This document shows, piece after piece, positions 11,919-25,699 of a DNA stretch of 64,000 bases; within the stretch, counting starts at the first letter, position 1; every line of letters starts with the position of its first letter. The position numbers and the translations under genes are program-made. The stretch spans positions 142,166,001-142,230,000 of the forward strand of contig NC_059426.1 of assembly GCF_021028975.2 (NCBI RefSeq), in the 5' to 3' direction. This DNA is from Sphaerodactylus townsendi (taxonomy: Eukaryota). The notes under the pieces were generated by a model. It saw only the letters and a program-made list of their open reading frames with translations. It did no database searches and was not told where the DNA came from.

Positions 11919-13879
11919 GTGAGAGCGGCCGTGCGAGGTCTGAGCTCCCCCGACTGCCTTGCTGAAAGATGCTCTTCGCATTCTTGATCCTTCAGGGACC
12001 ATTGTCATTTCTTCGCTGAGGATCTTATTTCAGTGGGATCAGCTTCCCTGAGCATGTATTATTGGCCGAATATATCTTTAAGTCTGTAACACACACACTC
12101 GAATCTATTAAACAATAGTTTGGTTTTCGCCTTGCTATGGCCAGCAGCAATTGAAGTATATAAGGCGTCCATACTTTTCAGCAGGAGTGCAATGCAATCC
12201 TCTGCAGTTACTCCTGTCTAAGCTCACCATGGGGTTAGAGTGGAGTAACTCTGGGTAGGCTTGTACTGTAGATGTGCAGCGTGTGTGGCTTCTGTTCTTA
12301 TTTTTTCCCACAGAATAAAGTCGACCGGATTTTGTAGAAAGGCAGACTGTAGGACTTTGTTTTGATACCTTGTTTCACACATCTGATTAAGTCAGGTCTG
12401 ACTGGTGTTAGTCTTTAAGGTACCATTGGATTCGAGTTTTACTTCAACACACTAACACATTCTTGAAAAATCATCATGGAAGGCTGTGGCTTTAAAGCAC
12501 TAATAGGGCAAGCTATTCATTTTGGCACCTACAGAAGAGGGAATTTTGGCAGGGTGCAGCTTGTCATGTAGGGTGCAAAAACCTAAACTCTGTAAGGTGC
12601 AATTGTGGAGAAGGAGACAACGCACAAGTGAAAGGAGTACTTTGACCTCCGAATCGCTGGTGAGGTGCATCAACTTGGACATTTATAGTGCCATCCTAAG
12701 CAGAGGTACACCACTTTCTTCAGTGGATTTAGAACTCTGCATAAGATTGCACGGTTTGTCGTGTGAGGAGGGGGGGACTCAGATAGAAGGAGGGGTCAAG
12801 GGTCAAATGCAGAGGAAAATTAATCATCATTAACAAGCTCATCTTGTCAAGCTGTATGAAATGTTTCAGAAACTGCAAGTAACATCAGAAGAGCAAACCT
12901 TTGCATTGCATAAAAATTGATTTCCTCTACCTTTTAACACAACCTCTAAGATAAGGTTGGTTGGCTGTGGTATACTTGGAGTTAGAAAGTCATTGCAGTC
13001 CAGATTTATCTACTATGTTGGCATAAATTACTGTTGGAGCCATGGTCAAAAACTTCACAGTCTTCATTTTCTGCAAGGAAACTCTCCTTCCTTTACCACA
13101 GACAAAACAAAACTGTCCCATCATCCTTTACTAGCATTTTGTGTTACTGGAAACTTTTATGTGTTTGGCCCCATTTCTATCTTGTAATCCACTTTCTGTA
13201 TTGTTTATTGTATACCTTGCCTTAGATAGCTTGTTTGCATTGTTCTTTAATTCTGTAATCCTACTTCTATTGCATCATTCACAAGTTGCCTTATACTATC
13301 TGATTGCACTGTCCTGTAGTGCTCCTTGAATCTCAATGAGAAAAACGGATTATAAATAAATAGAACAAATACTATTTTCCACTGAATAAAGTCAATTCTG
13401 ACTTTGCAGAAAGACTGAGTGTAGGATTTTTTTAAAAAAAGTTTATATATGATCAATTCTTTGTAGTTTCAGTAGTAAAGATTTTGCTTGCAAGATTACA
13501 TAGGTATAAGGAGTATCCTCCACTTTAAAAGTGACATATTTCATTAGAAAATAAAGAAGAGACAAAGTTGATAGTTGTCTCCTTGTTTCACAGCAGATGA
13601 TCTGGAACATAGAATTGCTTCTATAATGCCAACTTCCTGTTCTTTTAGGTCAGTACTATATCATACAACTTGGAGCTCAGGAAATGTATCCCTGATAAAG
13701 GCAGATACATTTGCTTCATGACTGACTTGTGTGAAAAGTGGTGAGGTGAAGGAGCATGCCACATAGCCATGTAGTTCCCTGCTAATTGTATTGACAGGCA
13801 GAGAAATAGAATATGTGGAAATCTCTTCTGAATGTGCACTGTTGGAAGTAAGTGGGCAAATCCTGCAGTTTGAAAGTGA

Positions 13880-14032
<153 letters not shown>

Positions 14033-15084
14033 TAAAGCGGCTTCTGTTGTCTACCATGTCCTTGTTCTCTGAGATTAATGTGTTCATTGGTGGTCTTTCG
14101 TGATCAGAATCCAACCACGTCTTCTAATAAAGGCGGTCTCGCCAATGACGTAAAATATAGACAACCAGAGACTTTTGTAGGAAGGTCTTTTGCAGGAGAC
14201 CCCCTTAAAGTTTCTTGCTGAGTTTTATTCCCATGTATATGCGCTGTTTCTTTGCCCGATAAAGTATTTCCTTTAGTTAAGACTGCTTTGCACGTGCTGT
14301 TTTTTGCCCAACACTCTTCCTTAATAGCAAATGTGGATAAGGTTGCTCATAACATTTGGATTTGAAGTGAAGACACAAAGCTCAGTTTCTAGTGCGCATA
14401 ATATTTTGATAATGGTTGGGGATTTTAAAACATCTGAATATACTTAAGATTTACTTCACTGGCTTCCTGGTCTCTTGAAACAAATTATAAGTATAACCAT
14501 ATGGTCTCTCTTCAGTTGGTTAACAATGGCAGAAAGCTTCTTCTGAGCTTTGCCTCTGTCTCTCTCTGGCTATCATTTTTATCCCGGCTTTTTCAAGGAT
14601 CTTGAGCAATATAGTATATATGTGGTTTCCCTCACCCTTCCTTACACAACCTCTCACAACAAATGGATAGTTGGCCCAAAATTACTCAGTGAGATTTATA
14701 ACAACGGGATCTAATCTCAGGCTTTAGCCCAACACTGTAACCACTAGACCACGTTAGCTCTCAAAAGCAGTCCCAAAACCTTCAAAGCAGTATATTTTAT
14801 TCTTGGTACAGTCATTGTCTTTCCCCCACTTTGTTCAGAGGTGCAGATTAAAAAACAACCTGTTTAAAAAGCTAGATTTTTTTAAGACCTGAAGGGAGGG
14901 GCTCTTTTTAAACACATTTCTTGCTTTCTTTTTATTTTGACACACTAAGGATATTTCTCAGCTTTGCTCCTCAGGGTAGGGAAAAGATATGACTTCTTAA
15001 CTGCCTTGGTGGGAAGCCACATGCTCCTCCTAATCTCCCCTACTCTTCCAGGAAGGTAATATTTTCTTGGTTTTGGTTCCTCAG

Positions 15085-15233
15085 GCTCCGAGGACGCAGT
15101 GAGGAGAGTGACCAGCAGGAGTCGCTACACAAACTTCTGACCTCAGGAGGTCTCAATGAGGACTTCAATACCCATTACAGCCCACTCAGGGCCAATGTAA
15201 TTGAAGCTATTAGTGAGCTGTTAATTGAATTAG
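15085..15233 (+). CDS. EIF2B2: EIF2B2 exon 3 ([22 protein letters not shown]...LLIEL)
   Basis: ttcctcag acceptor, AG|GTAAG donor, 149 bp. Confidence 0.97.
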
Positions 15234-16087
15234 GTAAGAGATGCAAGCAGAAGTAATGGGAAGACTGTACTGTTAAGGTAGAACATAGCTGTTGGGAGTC
15301 AAAGACCCTAGGTTTAATCACTAGCATCTGTCATTAAAAGATTTTAGGTATTAAGTATCGGATATCCCAGAGCCACTGATAGTTTGAACAGGCAGTAATA
15401 AACTAGATGGGCCATGTCTTAGTAGGCTATTCAATGGGTTCTAGTAGTGAGTCTTCCTGAAATTTTGTATCCCAGAGCCCTACGAGGGCTTCCCACCTGT
15501 CTGATCGGCAGTGAAAGGAGACAAGTAGAATGATCAGAAGACACAGGTGCTCATTAATTGTGAGTGGCACAGTTGCAACCCAGCTAGGACAGCATAACAA
15601 GGCAAGGCTTGACAAATCCTAGATGCCTGCTTGCCGTGGTGCCTAGAAATTTCATTGTGGCACCTAGGACTAGAGAACAGAATCATGAAAAAACAAAACC
15701 ATGAAGACTGAAAAATAAGCCTGGCTCTTACATTTTTGGGCTGACTTCTGGAGGCAAAGAACTTTTGTCAAGACTTGTCATAGGGAAGTATGATTTTCTT
15801 GGAAGAAACAATAACTGTGTGTTGCAAGGTTCATTAAAACTAGAATGGACATAATGTGATTGCAGACCTTAGATGTTTGCTTAGCTGATACTCTGAATTC
15901 AATGCATGTGCTTTGCCGCCTTAATACCAGAAGACCCGATCAGTATAATTAGGTTAAAGACTCAGATGTGGTAGGAAAAGGTGAAAGTTTGCAAGCTATT
16001 TTAACTGTGGTCCTAGTTTCTAGTTGATTCAGTGAAGATGCGTTGGACCTGGCTCTCCTCTCATAGATGAATTACTCTTTCTTGTAG

Positions 16088-16251
16088 AGGGTACAACTGA
16101 CAATATTGCCATGCAGGCACTGGAGCACATCCACTCCAATGAGGTGATCATGACCATTGGCTATTCACACACTGTGGAGGCATTCCTGAAGGAGGCAGCA
16201 CGCAAGAGGAAGTTCCATGTCATTGTGGCTGAATGTGCACCCTTTTGCCAG
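16088..16251 (+). CDS. EIF2B2: EIF2B2 exon 4 ([24 protein letters not shown]...ECAPFCQ)
   Basis: cttgtag acceptor, CAG|GTGAAG donor, 164 bp; IF-2B domain sequence. Confidence 0.97.
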
Positions 16252-16972
16252 GTGAAGACTGTTTTGCTGTTTGCTGCTGATTACCAAGGACTGCCTCAGC
16301 TATATTTTTATCTGCCCTAAGAGGGAATTAATAGGCTGTGTATACAAAAACTGGGCTAGGGAGGACTGGCCACCTTTTCCAGCAGGGGATACTGCTTCAA
16401 GTGGTATTCCCAGAGGAAGTGTTGTGTTTTGCTGGATTAAGCTTCTAACTTGGACAGGCAAGACAATGTCAGACAGCTTGATGTAGGAAGAAAAATTACT
16501 AAGGTATAATATTAAACTTGTATAATTTTGAGCCATATAAAAAAATTAAATATGAGAAAATACAGTCTGAAAAACAAATTCAAAGAAGATAAACAGCACT
16601 TTCCAGACGCAAGGAAACATTTCCTCATATAAAACCCAATGAATCTATGGAATTCATTGCCATGTGGCTTTATAATAGTAACTAGCATTAATTTTTGTAA
16701 GCAATGGGGAATGCTTGGAAGGATAGATGTCGCAGATCAGCAAAAGCAGCTGAAAGTGTGCCTCCCTGTTCAGACTTTGGTTACCTGATGCTTGGGTTAA
16801 GGGGAGCTGGCTGTTACCTTTGCGCTAAGGCTACCTGTTGATAGAAGGAATGCTGAGTTTGGAGGGACCATTGGTGTGACTTTGCATGGTGTGACTTTGC
16901 ATGGTGTGACTTTACTTGCCCGGCCTCTCCCCTCCACAGTCTTCAGTTTTCTTCCTCTCTTTTTTTGGGCAG

Positions 16973-17068
16973 GGCCATGAAATGGCTGTTCGTTTGGCCA
17001 AAGAGGATATAGAAACCACAGTCATGAGTGATGCAGCCATCTTTGCTGTTATGTCTCGAGTCAACAAG
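16973..17068 (+). CDS. EIF2B2: EIF2B2 exon 5 ([32 protein letters not shown])
   Basis: Polypyrimidine tract plus CAG acceptor, AAG|GTAGG donor, 96 bp. Confidence 0.97.
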
Positions 17069-17824
17069 GTAGGTATGAGCAGGCTGCTTGCTCCTGTGCT
17101 TCTCTTTCCTCCAGATAAAACCTAGAGAGTCCGTTTGCTTATGCCTTGATGGCAGTGTGAAAAGAGGGAGTGCAAGTAGAAGGGGCTCTGGTCCAACGTA
17201 TATCTTAATATCCTTTGAATATTACAAATCCATCACAAGGGAAAGATCTGTTTCACACATCTTGAAATGGCCAAACACACTCAAGATTATTCTTTTCAGA
17301 ACATATGATCTAAAAGAAATTCCATCCCCTCAAACTGGTTTAAGGAACATGTTGGAACAAGAATGCTGATCCAAGCCACTGAATGAAGAGAAAGTCTGTT
17401 TTGAAAAAAAAGTAGCTATTGTTGGAGAAGTTATTGTTTTTCTTAACAGGAATATGTATATTTGGGTGACAGCATTTCCAATAATTGGGCAACCTCCTAA
17501 CAGACAGCTTTTCCTACTTTTGGAGATATTAAAATAAGAGAACAGGGTGGGCTGCTAGCCTACATGATGTCCGACCTGTGACATAATCAAGGGGAAAGTT
17601 TGTTGATTCAAATGACTGGAAACCAGCCTCAGTCTTACAACTGTAACAAAGTGGGGTGGTTTTTTTGCCATAGTAGATTATTCCACCATCTAGGAATGCT
17701 AGATAAGGATATGACTATCGTTATCATCACCACATGTCATGCTACAGAATTCGAAACTCACTTTTTCTTTCACCCCAATTCATTTTTGCGCACTCTTTCC
17801 TAACATTCGTTTTTTATTTTGTAG

Positions 17825-17995
<171 letters not shown>

Positions 17996-18340
17996 TGATC
18001 CAGTGTCGCACTCAAGCTCAAAACAAGTAAGAGGTGCAGGAGGAGGAGAAATATGACAGTAGACTAAACGAAGCCTTTTTTGGTGCAAGCAACACAATTT
18101 TTGAGTAAGAACTGAAAAGAGGAGGCACCCCAAGATAGAACTGCAGAGCATTGGCACAACTATCGTGCTTGAGGCTGCCAGGGTTATTCATATGTATAAG
18201 CAGAGACTGGTATTGGGTAACAGATTTGGAATCCTGACACCTGCAATTGTTGTGCTCTTAAAACTGTGGAGGCAGCAGGCTCTGTGGGAGGGTTGTCAAA
18301 CACAAGATAATGATGTTGCCTTTGATGTTTTGTCTTTCAG

Positions 18341-18407
18341 TTCCTTAATGAAGAAGATTCATTCCATAAGTTTGTCTCTCCACAGGAAGTACTGCCTTTC
18401 ATAGAAG
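18341..18407 (+). CDS. EIF2B2: EIF2B2 exon 7 ([22 protein letters not shown])
   Basis: tgtctttcag acceptor, AAG|GTAAAC donor, 67 bp. Confidence 0.96.
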
Positions 18408-18834
18408 GTAAACATCCTTTGTTTATTAAGTCTTTCTTAGAGGATGTACCCATGATGTTATCTTTTAGAGATTCTGAAATTCCTGAGAAAGTAGTTTTTT
18501 TTACAGGATAACTTAGTAAATACTTTGTGCCTTACTTCTGCAGCTACTTGGCCTATCAAGTGCTCTGTTATTTAACTGATTGAAAAATATCATAGCTTGG
18601 CCTCCTCTGGCACATTTACTTGCATACTATATAGGGACTTGGTGGAACATGAGCATACTAATGTACAATTAAATTATGCTAAGTCTCTAACATGCACTGG
18701 TGCATGATTGTAATGAAACGTTATATACCTTGTCGAAAACGGTTAGCGTGTTTAGTGGGTTTTCTATTTTGAAGTCTTTAAGGAGAGTGTGAACTTCCCT
18801 ACAAGGATCTGACTGGGCAATGATATACCACTTG

Positions 18835-19030
18835 CTGAGGCTGGCCCAGTCTCATCAGATTTAAGAAGCTGAGGAGAATTGGTCCTGGCTAATACTTGGA
18901 TAGAAGAACACACACACACACACCCTCCTCGGAAATCCAGGTTGCTCTGCAGAGGCAGGCAATGGCAAGTCATCTCTGTTTATCTCTTGCTTTGAAAATC
19001 CTTCGGACCACTAGTTTGCTGCACCTTGAT
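18835..19030 (+). mobile_element. 5S rRNA-derived SINE (degenerate); related copies at ~27230-27410(-) and ~55620-55790(-)
   Basis: TCTCATCAGATTTAAGAAGCTGAG...CCTGGCTAATACTTGGAT resembles the 5S internal control region. Confidence 0.6.
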
Positions 19031-19364
19031 GGCATTTTCTGCCACAGCCACTTGGAAGGTTTAGTTTGATCACTTAAATGGACAGAATTCATAACTGCAA
19101 TCATAAACACTCTTACAATGTTGCAAATCTGTTCTTGAGTTGGTGAGAATTTCTTCTAGGTAAACACATGCAGGATTCTGCTCCTCCACGACCAAATAAT
19201 AAGGCACAGCTGGCAGGATGTTTGTCTTGCCACCTTGCCACTGCATACAGGGCAGGCTGTTTCTTCGCATATCATATGAAGGAGCGGTGCCAGTTAAAAG
19301 GTGAGGTCGCTTTTTGTTCTCTTCTGCTCACTTTTCAACATAGTTTCCATTGTTTTTCTTCCAG

Positions 19365-19522
19365 GAGAGATTTTATCTAAGGTCAATGTTCATTGTCCAG
19401 TCTTTGACTACGTTCCTCCTGAACTCATCACTCTCTTCATCTCGAACATTGGAGGCAATGCTCCTTCCTACATTTATCGACTCATGAGTGAGCTCTATCA
19501 CCCAGATGATCGGGAACTCTGA
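19365..19522 (+). CDS. EIF2B2: EIF2B2 exon 8 ([51 protein letters not shown])
   Basis: ttcttccag acceptor; conserved C-terminus; TGA 19520-19522; exons total 1065 nt. Confidence 0.97.
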
Positions 19523-19571
19523 ACTACTCACAAAATACATTTATACATTGATTTCCGTGAAGAAATAAGTA

Positions 19572-19577
19572 AATAAA
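19572..19577 (+). terminator. AATAAA polyadenylation signal, probably EIF2B2
   Basis: AATAAA 50 nt after the stop codon. Confidence 0.6.
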
Positions 19578-19674
19578 CATTATGCACCAAAACCAGACAT
19601 TGCTGTCTTCAAAACAGGCTGTCCCCTGGCCGTGCTTTTCACCATCAGCAAAAGTGCTTCTCTGTTTGTTCAAC

Positions 19675-19680
19675 TTTATT
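19675..19680 (-). terminator. Candidate AATAAA polyadenylation signal for MLH3
   Basis: TTTATT on the + strand about 830 nt past the MLH3 stop codon. Confidence 0.5.
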
Positions 19681-20513
19681 AAATGATATACAACAATTAT
19701 TTCCCTGAAAATATTCTCTCTGAGAATCATTGCATAACATTCAGTGTTGGATTCAGCTCAATAACTGTCTTAACTGTAAAAGGAATTACTGACGATAGAA
19801 GCTGCCCTCAGTCTGTTAAATGCCCTCATGAGGGGTCCCTTTTTGCAGCAGCATCTGGGTGGCAGGAAGAGGCTTTTCAATTCCACCAGGACCTGTAAAC
19901 AAAAAGTCAGGCTTCTTGACCCATTTTTGTTTTATGCAAGGAGGATGTTTTACACCTTTCAGAAAGGGCAACTCAGACTGCCTTAACTTGCAGATAGCGA
20001 TGTATCGCTGTGATTATTCATTGCATAAAAAGCCCTTTTTAGTTCTGATGCCTGTATTGATTCACTGTGACTAATTAGCATTTGAATGCAATTCAAGCAA
20101 CAGATGACATTAAAACAAAACTAGAACAGATTGTAGTGTTGTTTGGCCTAAGCAAAAGTTGTAATCAAAACTGTGGCCGAGTATGTGGTCCCCTTTTATG
20201 ATAGCTGCTGCTTCCTCAGAATAAAGGGTGTCATATTGATTAAAACAGTTGTTCTACAGTCTTTACTTACACATTTTAAATGCAAGATAGAGGCTTGCCA
20301 TGTTCCCCAGGAAAACAGGGCTTAGTTTTTGCCTCCGGCTGGTGGGATCTTTGAAGTACCACATTTTGGGCTCCTCCTGCATTCAGAATGCTGAATTGCT
20401 TTCTGTTGCTGTGCTTTCAAGGCCACTCTCTGGGCCTCGCCGCTTTCAGTTTCAGAGGAGGAGCTGCTGGAGATGGGTTGCTTGAAACCTAGGAAGCACT
20501 GAGGCGGCAGGGC

Positions 20514-20600
20514 TCACGTTTTCCTAGTGAGATCTGTTTCTTTCCTAAAGCGCTGCCAGGCTTTAGCCATTTTTCTGAGTTTAACCAGATTGGGCTTGGG
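20514..20600 (-). CDS. MLH3: MLH3 last coding exon (PKPNLVKLRKMAKAWQRFRKETDLTRKT*)
   Basis: ttttccttcag acceptor; KPNLxKLRKMA motif; TGA at 20516-20514; total CDS 4230 nt = 1409 aa. Confidence 0.93.
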   Translation of the reverse strand, partial: PKPNLVKLRKMAKAWQRFRKETDLTRKT

Positions 20601-23238
20601 CTGAAGGAAAAAAAGAGCAGTTAATGTTATGACACTGCATGCTTCAACAGATAGTACAGAATCCTATTTATGATTATTTTCTAAACAAATGGATAAGAAC
20701 ATAAGAACAAGCCAGCTGGATCAGACCAAAGTCCATCTAGTCCAGCTCTCTGCTACTCGCAGTGGCCCACCAGGCCATTTATGCTAAGAACGTGATTGGA
20801 CGGTTTATGTACAATAAATGACAATCTGTGTGTCATGCTCCCCAGACACCCTCACTATTTTCTTTATTTAAGCCTCAGTTGACTCTTAGAATGGGTTTAG
20901 TTATCTTTGTATAGTTTTTTGTGGGAGGGAACCTTCGTTAGACTCTGTCCCTTTAAGAAGCCCTCTAGACGCAAGAGCCTTACAGTCTTCTTTATTACCC
21001 AGTAGTCCTCCAGTTAGTTGTAGTCTAAGGTGCCAGTACAGCTGGAAGGCTGTAATATATCTTATGTATAAGGTGTTACAGAAAGCGGGGTCCAGATAGA
21101 GGAAACTGAAGAAACTAAGAGGAAGCACAGACAAAGTGGACTTTCTTGGAAGCAGTCAAGGCAGAATCAGGGTCTCAAGCTTCAAGCTGTTCCAATCAAA
21201 CAAGTACTTCATTTTAGTCAGACCCTGGGAGGAGTTAGGGTCTTAATTCTTCAATGCAATTAAACCTTCTTCTTCTTTTTTTTGAACTGTTACAACTTTA
21301 TCTGTGAGTCTCCCACTCTGTTCAGGGCACCTAATATAGTTTACTTGGGGAACAGAACACTGTGTGACTTATAAAGATCTTCTCTCCTAAAAAGTAATTT
21401 GTAAAGGTGAAAATTATGTACCTTTTTGTACATTCAAAAAATAAAGCAAAACAAGCAAAGGACCCACAAGGGCTTGTGAGAGGTGTCTCCTTTCCCCTTT
21501 CCCCATTTTTTTATTTTTTCCCATAGGCCAAAGCCCACGTAGCCTCTTTTCCTACTTTCTTTTCTCCTTCCAGCCAACCTTTTATCTGTTCCCAGTGTTC
21601 AGCCTTCCCTCCCCCAGTAGCATCCATCTGGGAAAACCATGTTCCAGTTCCACAGTGTTGGCTGCCAGGATGGGCCCAGTTGTATAGTGCAGAACCTTCA
21701 GGGTTCTGCTTCCCCAGATGGCTCCTTCTTTCCTTCTTCTGGGCAACCTGCATATCCTCACCTTTCCCTGGCTCCTCTCCTGTCCATCCACCAAACAACA
21801 TACCTTTTATTTGCTCCCCCATCCTCAGCTATATTTATCATTCATTTACTTCATATATACTTCCTATTTTTTCCCAGTGATGACCCAAAGCAGCTTACAT
21901 CGTTCTCCTCCATTTTATCCTTAACAGCAACATTGTGAGGTATGTTTGGCTGAGTGTGCATGGCTGGCTTAAACTCACCAAATAAGCTTCCACAACAGAG
22001 TGATTCAACCCTGAATCTCCCAAATCCTAATCTGTAACTAATCATTACACCACACTGCCTTTAGTAGGGTGGCTGCTGAGGAACAGTAGCAAGCAACCAG
22101 TACTGGCTAAGTCATGCAATTTGGGAGTTATAAAGGCGTCTGCTGGTAGTTGCTAGGGTTGGCACAAGTCGTCCTTCAAAGTCTACAAGGGCCCTGCCCT
22201 TGCCTTTTTGCTGACAAAACCCAAGGCTTGAAAGCTAGAAATACAGTTGTGGTTGCCTAGCAATAGTTACTTTGGGCATTAAAGTTACAGGTGCCACTTA
22301 TATTATTTGGCCAGAGAGTTAACCCCCAACTTAAATTTTTAAGATTTCAGATTTTTCTGCAATGCTGGGGCTTTTTTCAGGTTTATAGAAAGGCCTGTCT
22401 TGTCAATTCACAGGTCCAGTTTCTAGATTTAAGTATCCACAGATTGGAACATGCTGAGCATTAGATATATTGATGGCACACACCTAGATGAGAGAGGGAG
22501 AAGTAGTATTTAGTAAAATGTTATGAAAACTATTTTTTCTGTCCTGTGCTCATGAAAAGTTATTTTGCAGGCACTATCTGATCCAAAAGTGCAGAAAATG
22601 AGCAAAAAGTTGCTCAGATCCCCCTTGACGTTCTTGCTCTGGATGAGTGGGGGAGGGGATGGTGCAGTGCCAAGCTAGGTTTGGAGCAGATTCAGCACAG
22701 ACAGCGCCTACAGCTGCTGTTTGTTCTTCTGGTGCAGGGAAGGACGATAGTTGCTTCTAGCACTGGGGTCCCCAACCTTTTTGAGTCAGCATTTTAATTC
22801 TGAAGTCCTAGGTGCAAAATCCAGCACTTCAGACGTATTGTCTGCCGTGGCATTCCGAGTCTGGTATTTTACTTAATGGTCCGTTATCCTGCAAGAAATA
22901 AGGTTTTATACCACATAAGCACAGCCTTATGTTTCAGTTGGGGTCTTGCCAGAATGATATCCCCACCGAGATGGTCCACTTGGAAAGGAGATATTTTGGG
23001 AAACATCATGCTTCATTATCCTTTCTACTTAATGAAACATTTTCAGGAAGCAAAAATAAACCTGTTCTTCCTTTTTCTGCATTTCTACACGTTTAAACAT
23101 ATGGAAAGGTCCCTCAGTTAACAATTATCACTGAACGAGAAGAACCGGCTCCTGGTATTGGTTCATGTGAGATCTGTACAGGACAAGCACACTCAGTTAA
23201 AGCATCCTGTGCATTTTTATCAGTTTCATAACACATAC

Positions 23239-23390
23239 CTGACTGTCCTGCTGCAGGTGATCTATATCTGCAAGAGGCAGCATGGAAGGCCTCCCATGAG
23301 CACACTGGAAGGGCAACTGACAACAGGACAGAGATCCCATTAGCTGACAGCATTCTTCAAAAGTCAAAGTGTCATTAAACTTAATAGCAC
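23239..23390 (-). CDS. MLH3: MLH3 coding exon 11 (AIKFND...[26 protein letters not shown])
   Basis: 152 bp; C(A/P)HGRP zinc-binding motif. Confidence 0.97.
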
Positions 23391-23918
23391 CTGCAAGAGA
23401 AGGGAGAAATATGGAAACTGAAATTCTGCACGCAGGGGCAGTTCCCTCCAACTCTGAAGCTGAAAAAAGGAGAAAAGAGCCCAGCCTTTTCTTGGCTGAA
23501 AAACATAAGAATTGCTTTGCCAGATCAGATTTACAAGTCAGACTTAAAGATATCTCCTTTCCCCAGTGTCTGGTATTCATAGATACCTTCCAAAAACAAT
23601 GGAAGATTCACATAACTAAAACACACAAAAAATCATAATATTATTCCCCCAGATTCTTCTGTAAGAGGTATCAGAGATGCCTGTGGTGGAATCATCACCA
23701 CAGGCAGTTTGTTTTATTTACCTCAGGGAACATGGAATTTACTGAACTGGCCCAGGTTCAAAACTGCTAGACCCTAATGGTAGAATGATGTTTACAGTAT
23801 CCATTTTGTCACAATTTCTATGAGTCTGCTTTTAACAAAGTTATCCTTGAGGTATCTGAGTGGACTAGAAAGTGAGCTGTGAAAAAAAGTTACGTGGCAC
23901 AGAGAGTAGTTTCCTTAC

Positions 23919-23997
23919 CATGGCAAGCCTGAGAAGCCAAAACCTTCAGGATTGTTAGTGGTAGTGTTCCTCGTGCTCCTCCTGTGGTCTGTAGTAG
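23919..23997 (-). CDS. MLH3: MLH3 coding exon 10 ([26 protein letters not shown])
   Basis: 79 bp; ACH motif; tttcag acceptor / gtaag donor. Confidence 0.96.
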
Positions 23998-25065
23998 CTG
24001 AAAGCAGAAAGACCACTCATGATCTCACTCATAGAAGAAGACTGATAAAACCTCTGCCCAATTAGAGATGGTTCCTCCTGTGCCACCTGCTGCCACCACT
24101 GAGGCAGGGCAGATGTTGGCACCCCCTTTGCTGAAGCAGTTGAGCTGCCGTTCTTTGACCTCATTCCTAACAGTGGGGTGAAGGGCTCATAACTGCCATC
24201 TTGCCTACAATCCCCCAAATGTCCTGGAGCCAACTCCGTTTGGTCCCTATCACTAGTGATTCTGATATGCAGACTAAGGAAGGTTTACACGTTATCCTGC
24301 AAATGAGGCAACATAAATCTAAGTTATCCTCTTTCCCACCCACCTGATTTAGAATCTGAACAATCCATGTAGTATATTGCATACTTTTTAAAACTCTCTC
24401 TATCCAGCTTACAGATATATACAACTTATGAAAAATTATTTTATTTATTAATTATATATAAATATATAATAAAATATTTATTATATTTCTACTCCCTTCT
24501 ATGGATTGTTCTTTATTGTACTTGTTTTGGAAGTTTCTATCTTGCCAGCCTACATTTTATCACACCAAAGAAAAGAGTGAACTCCTTCCTATCAGTGAGC
24601 CAGAGTAAATATCAACTTTGAAACAGCTAGATCCCCCTGATCCAACAGTAACAATATTAAGCATTTATCCTTTCAACGTTCAAAATACTTCACTAGGTAG
24701 GACAGCTGCTATTTGTCCTGACTGAGAAAGGCTATAGGTTGCCTGTAGGATGCTGGAATTGATTCCCCAACAACGCAAACATCAGCTCTAAGGAAGTATC
24801 ATTTGCAATCTGGAAAGCAACGTGGTAGGGGGAGTTACTGCACCACCTTGCCCGCTTCTCTCAAACTGTTGTCCAAATCTGGACTGGGGACTCTTGTGCC
24901 TGCTATTCACGGGGGAGGGGGGGGGGAATGCTGGAGATCAAATTCTGTCTGACCTGGCAGTGGCTGGAAAGAGTCTAAATCAAGAACTAAAACATATATC
25001 CCTGCATTAGGAAGGTAATGTGGACATCTACCCAATTCTGAACTCTTCTTTAAAAGATAACATAC

Positions 25066-25089
25066 CTCAACTTCCTCTCGAATGAACTC
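25066..25089 (-). CDS. MLH3: MLH3 24-bp microexon (EFIREEVE)
   Basis: ttttag acceptor, GAG|GTATG donor; matches the recalled mammalian EFIREQLE microexon. Confidence 0.9.
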
Positions 25090-25539
25090 CTAAAATAAAA
25101 CAGTAAAAAGGTGCAAATCAGTCCAATGTAGTTGTTTTCATTTACACCATCCATCACTGTGGTTATCATTACAATTAATCTACACATGCCACTTAGAGGA
25201 TATAAATATAACACACTAGAAGCCTCAAGGGAAAGTATTTGGATTAGACCAAGAAGTGCTCTATATAATGAATTCACAAATACAATATTAAAGTTTTCAT
25301 CCCGTCCAAGTCAGCATGACCAGTATTTCTTAAAGGAAATTTGTGCACATTATTTATTAAAACATTTATACTCTGTCTTTCCTTGTGGTTCACGGTAGCT
25401 GCCCTCAGCTTGTTTAAATGCAAAGGAAAGTATCATGTGCTGCTGCTGCGTTACTGTTTGCACAAGTGGAACTGCAGTGTCTTTCCCATTCAAGCAACAC
25501 TGGATCCTATTCAATACATTTCTGGCATCTCCCTCTCAC

Positions 25540-25699
25540 CTGTACAATGCTCTTAGCCACTGTTTGTCTTCCACGGCGCAATTCATTGGCCTCTCTCTCT
25601 ACAAAACACAATGGCACTTTCCCCACAAGAATCTGCAAGGGATTGTTCTCTGGAAAGGATAACTCAAGGCCTAAATCTTCTAGACTTTTGTGGTAGCAC
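25540..25699 (-). CDS. MLH3: MLH3 coding exon 8 ([15 protein letters not shown]...[26 protein letters not shown])
   Basis: 160 bp, ttgcag acceptor / gtgag donor. Confidence 0.96.

Noticed and set aside
18341-18349. FLNEED instead of the recalled mammalian FPNEED in EIF2B2
   Set aside because: A single substitution that cannot be interpreted without an alignment.
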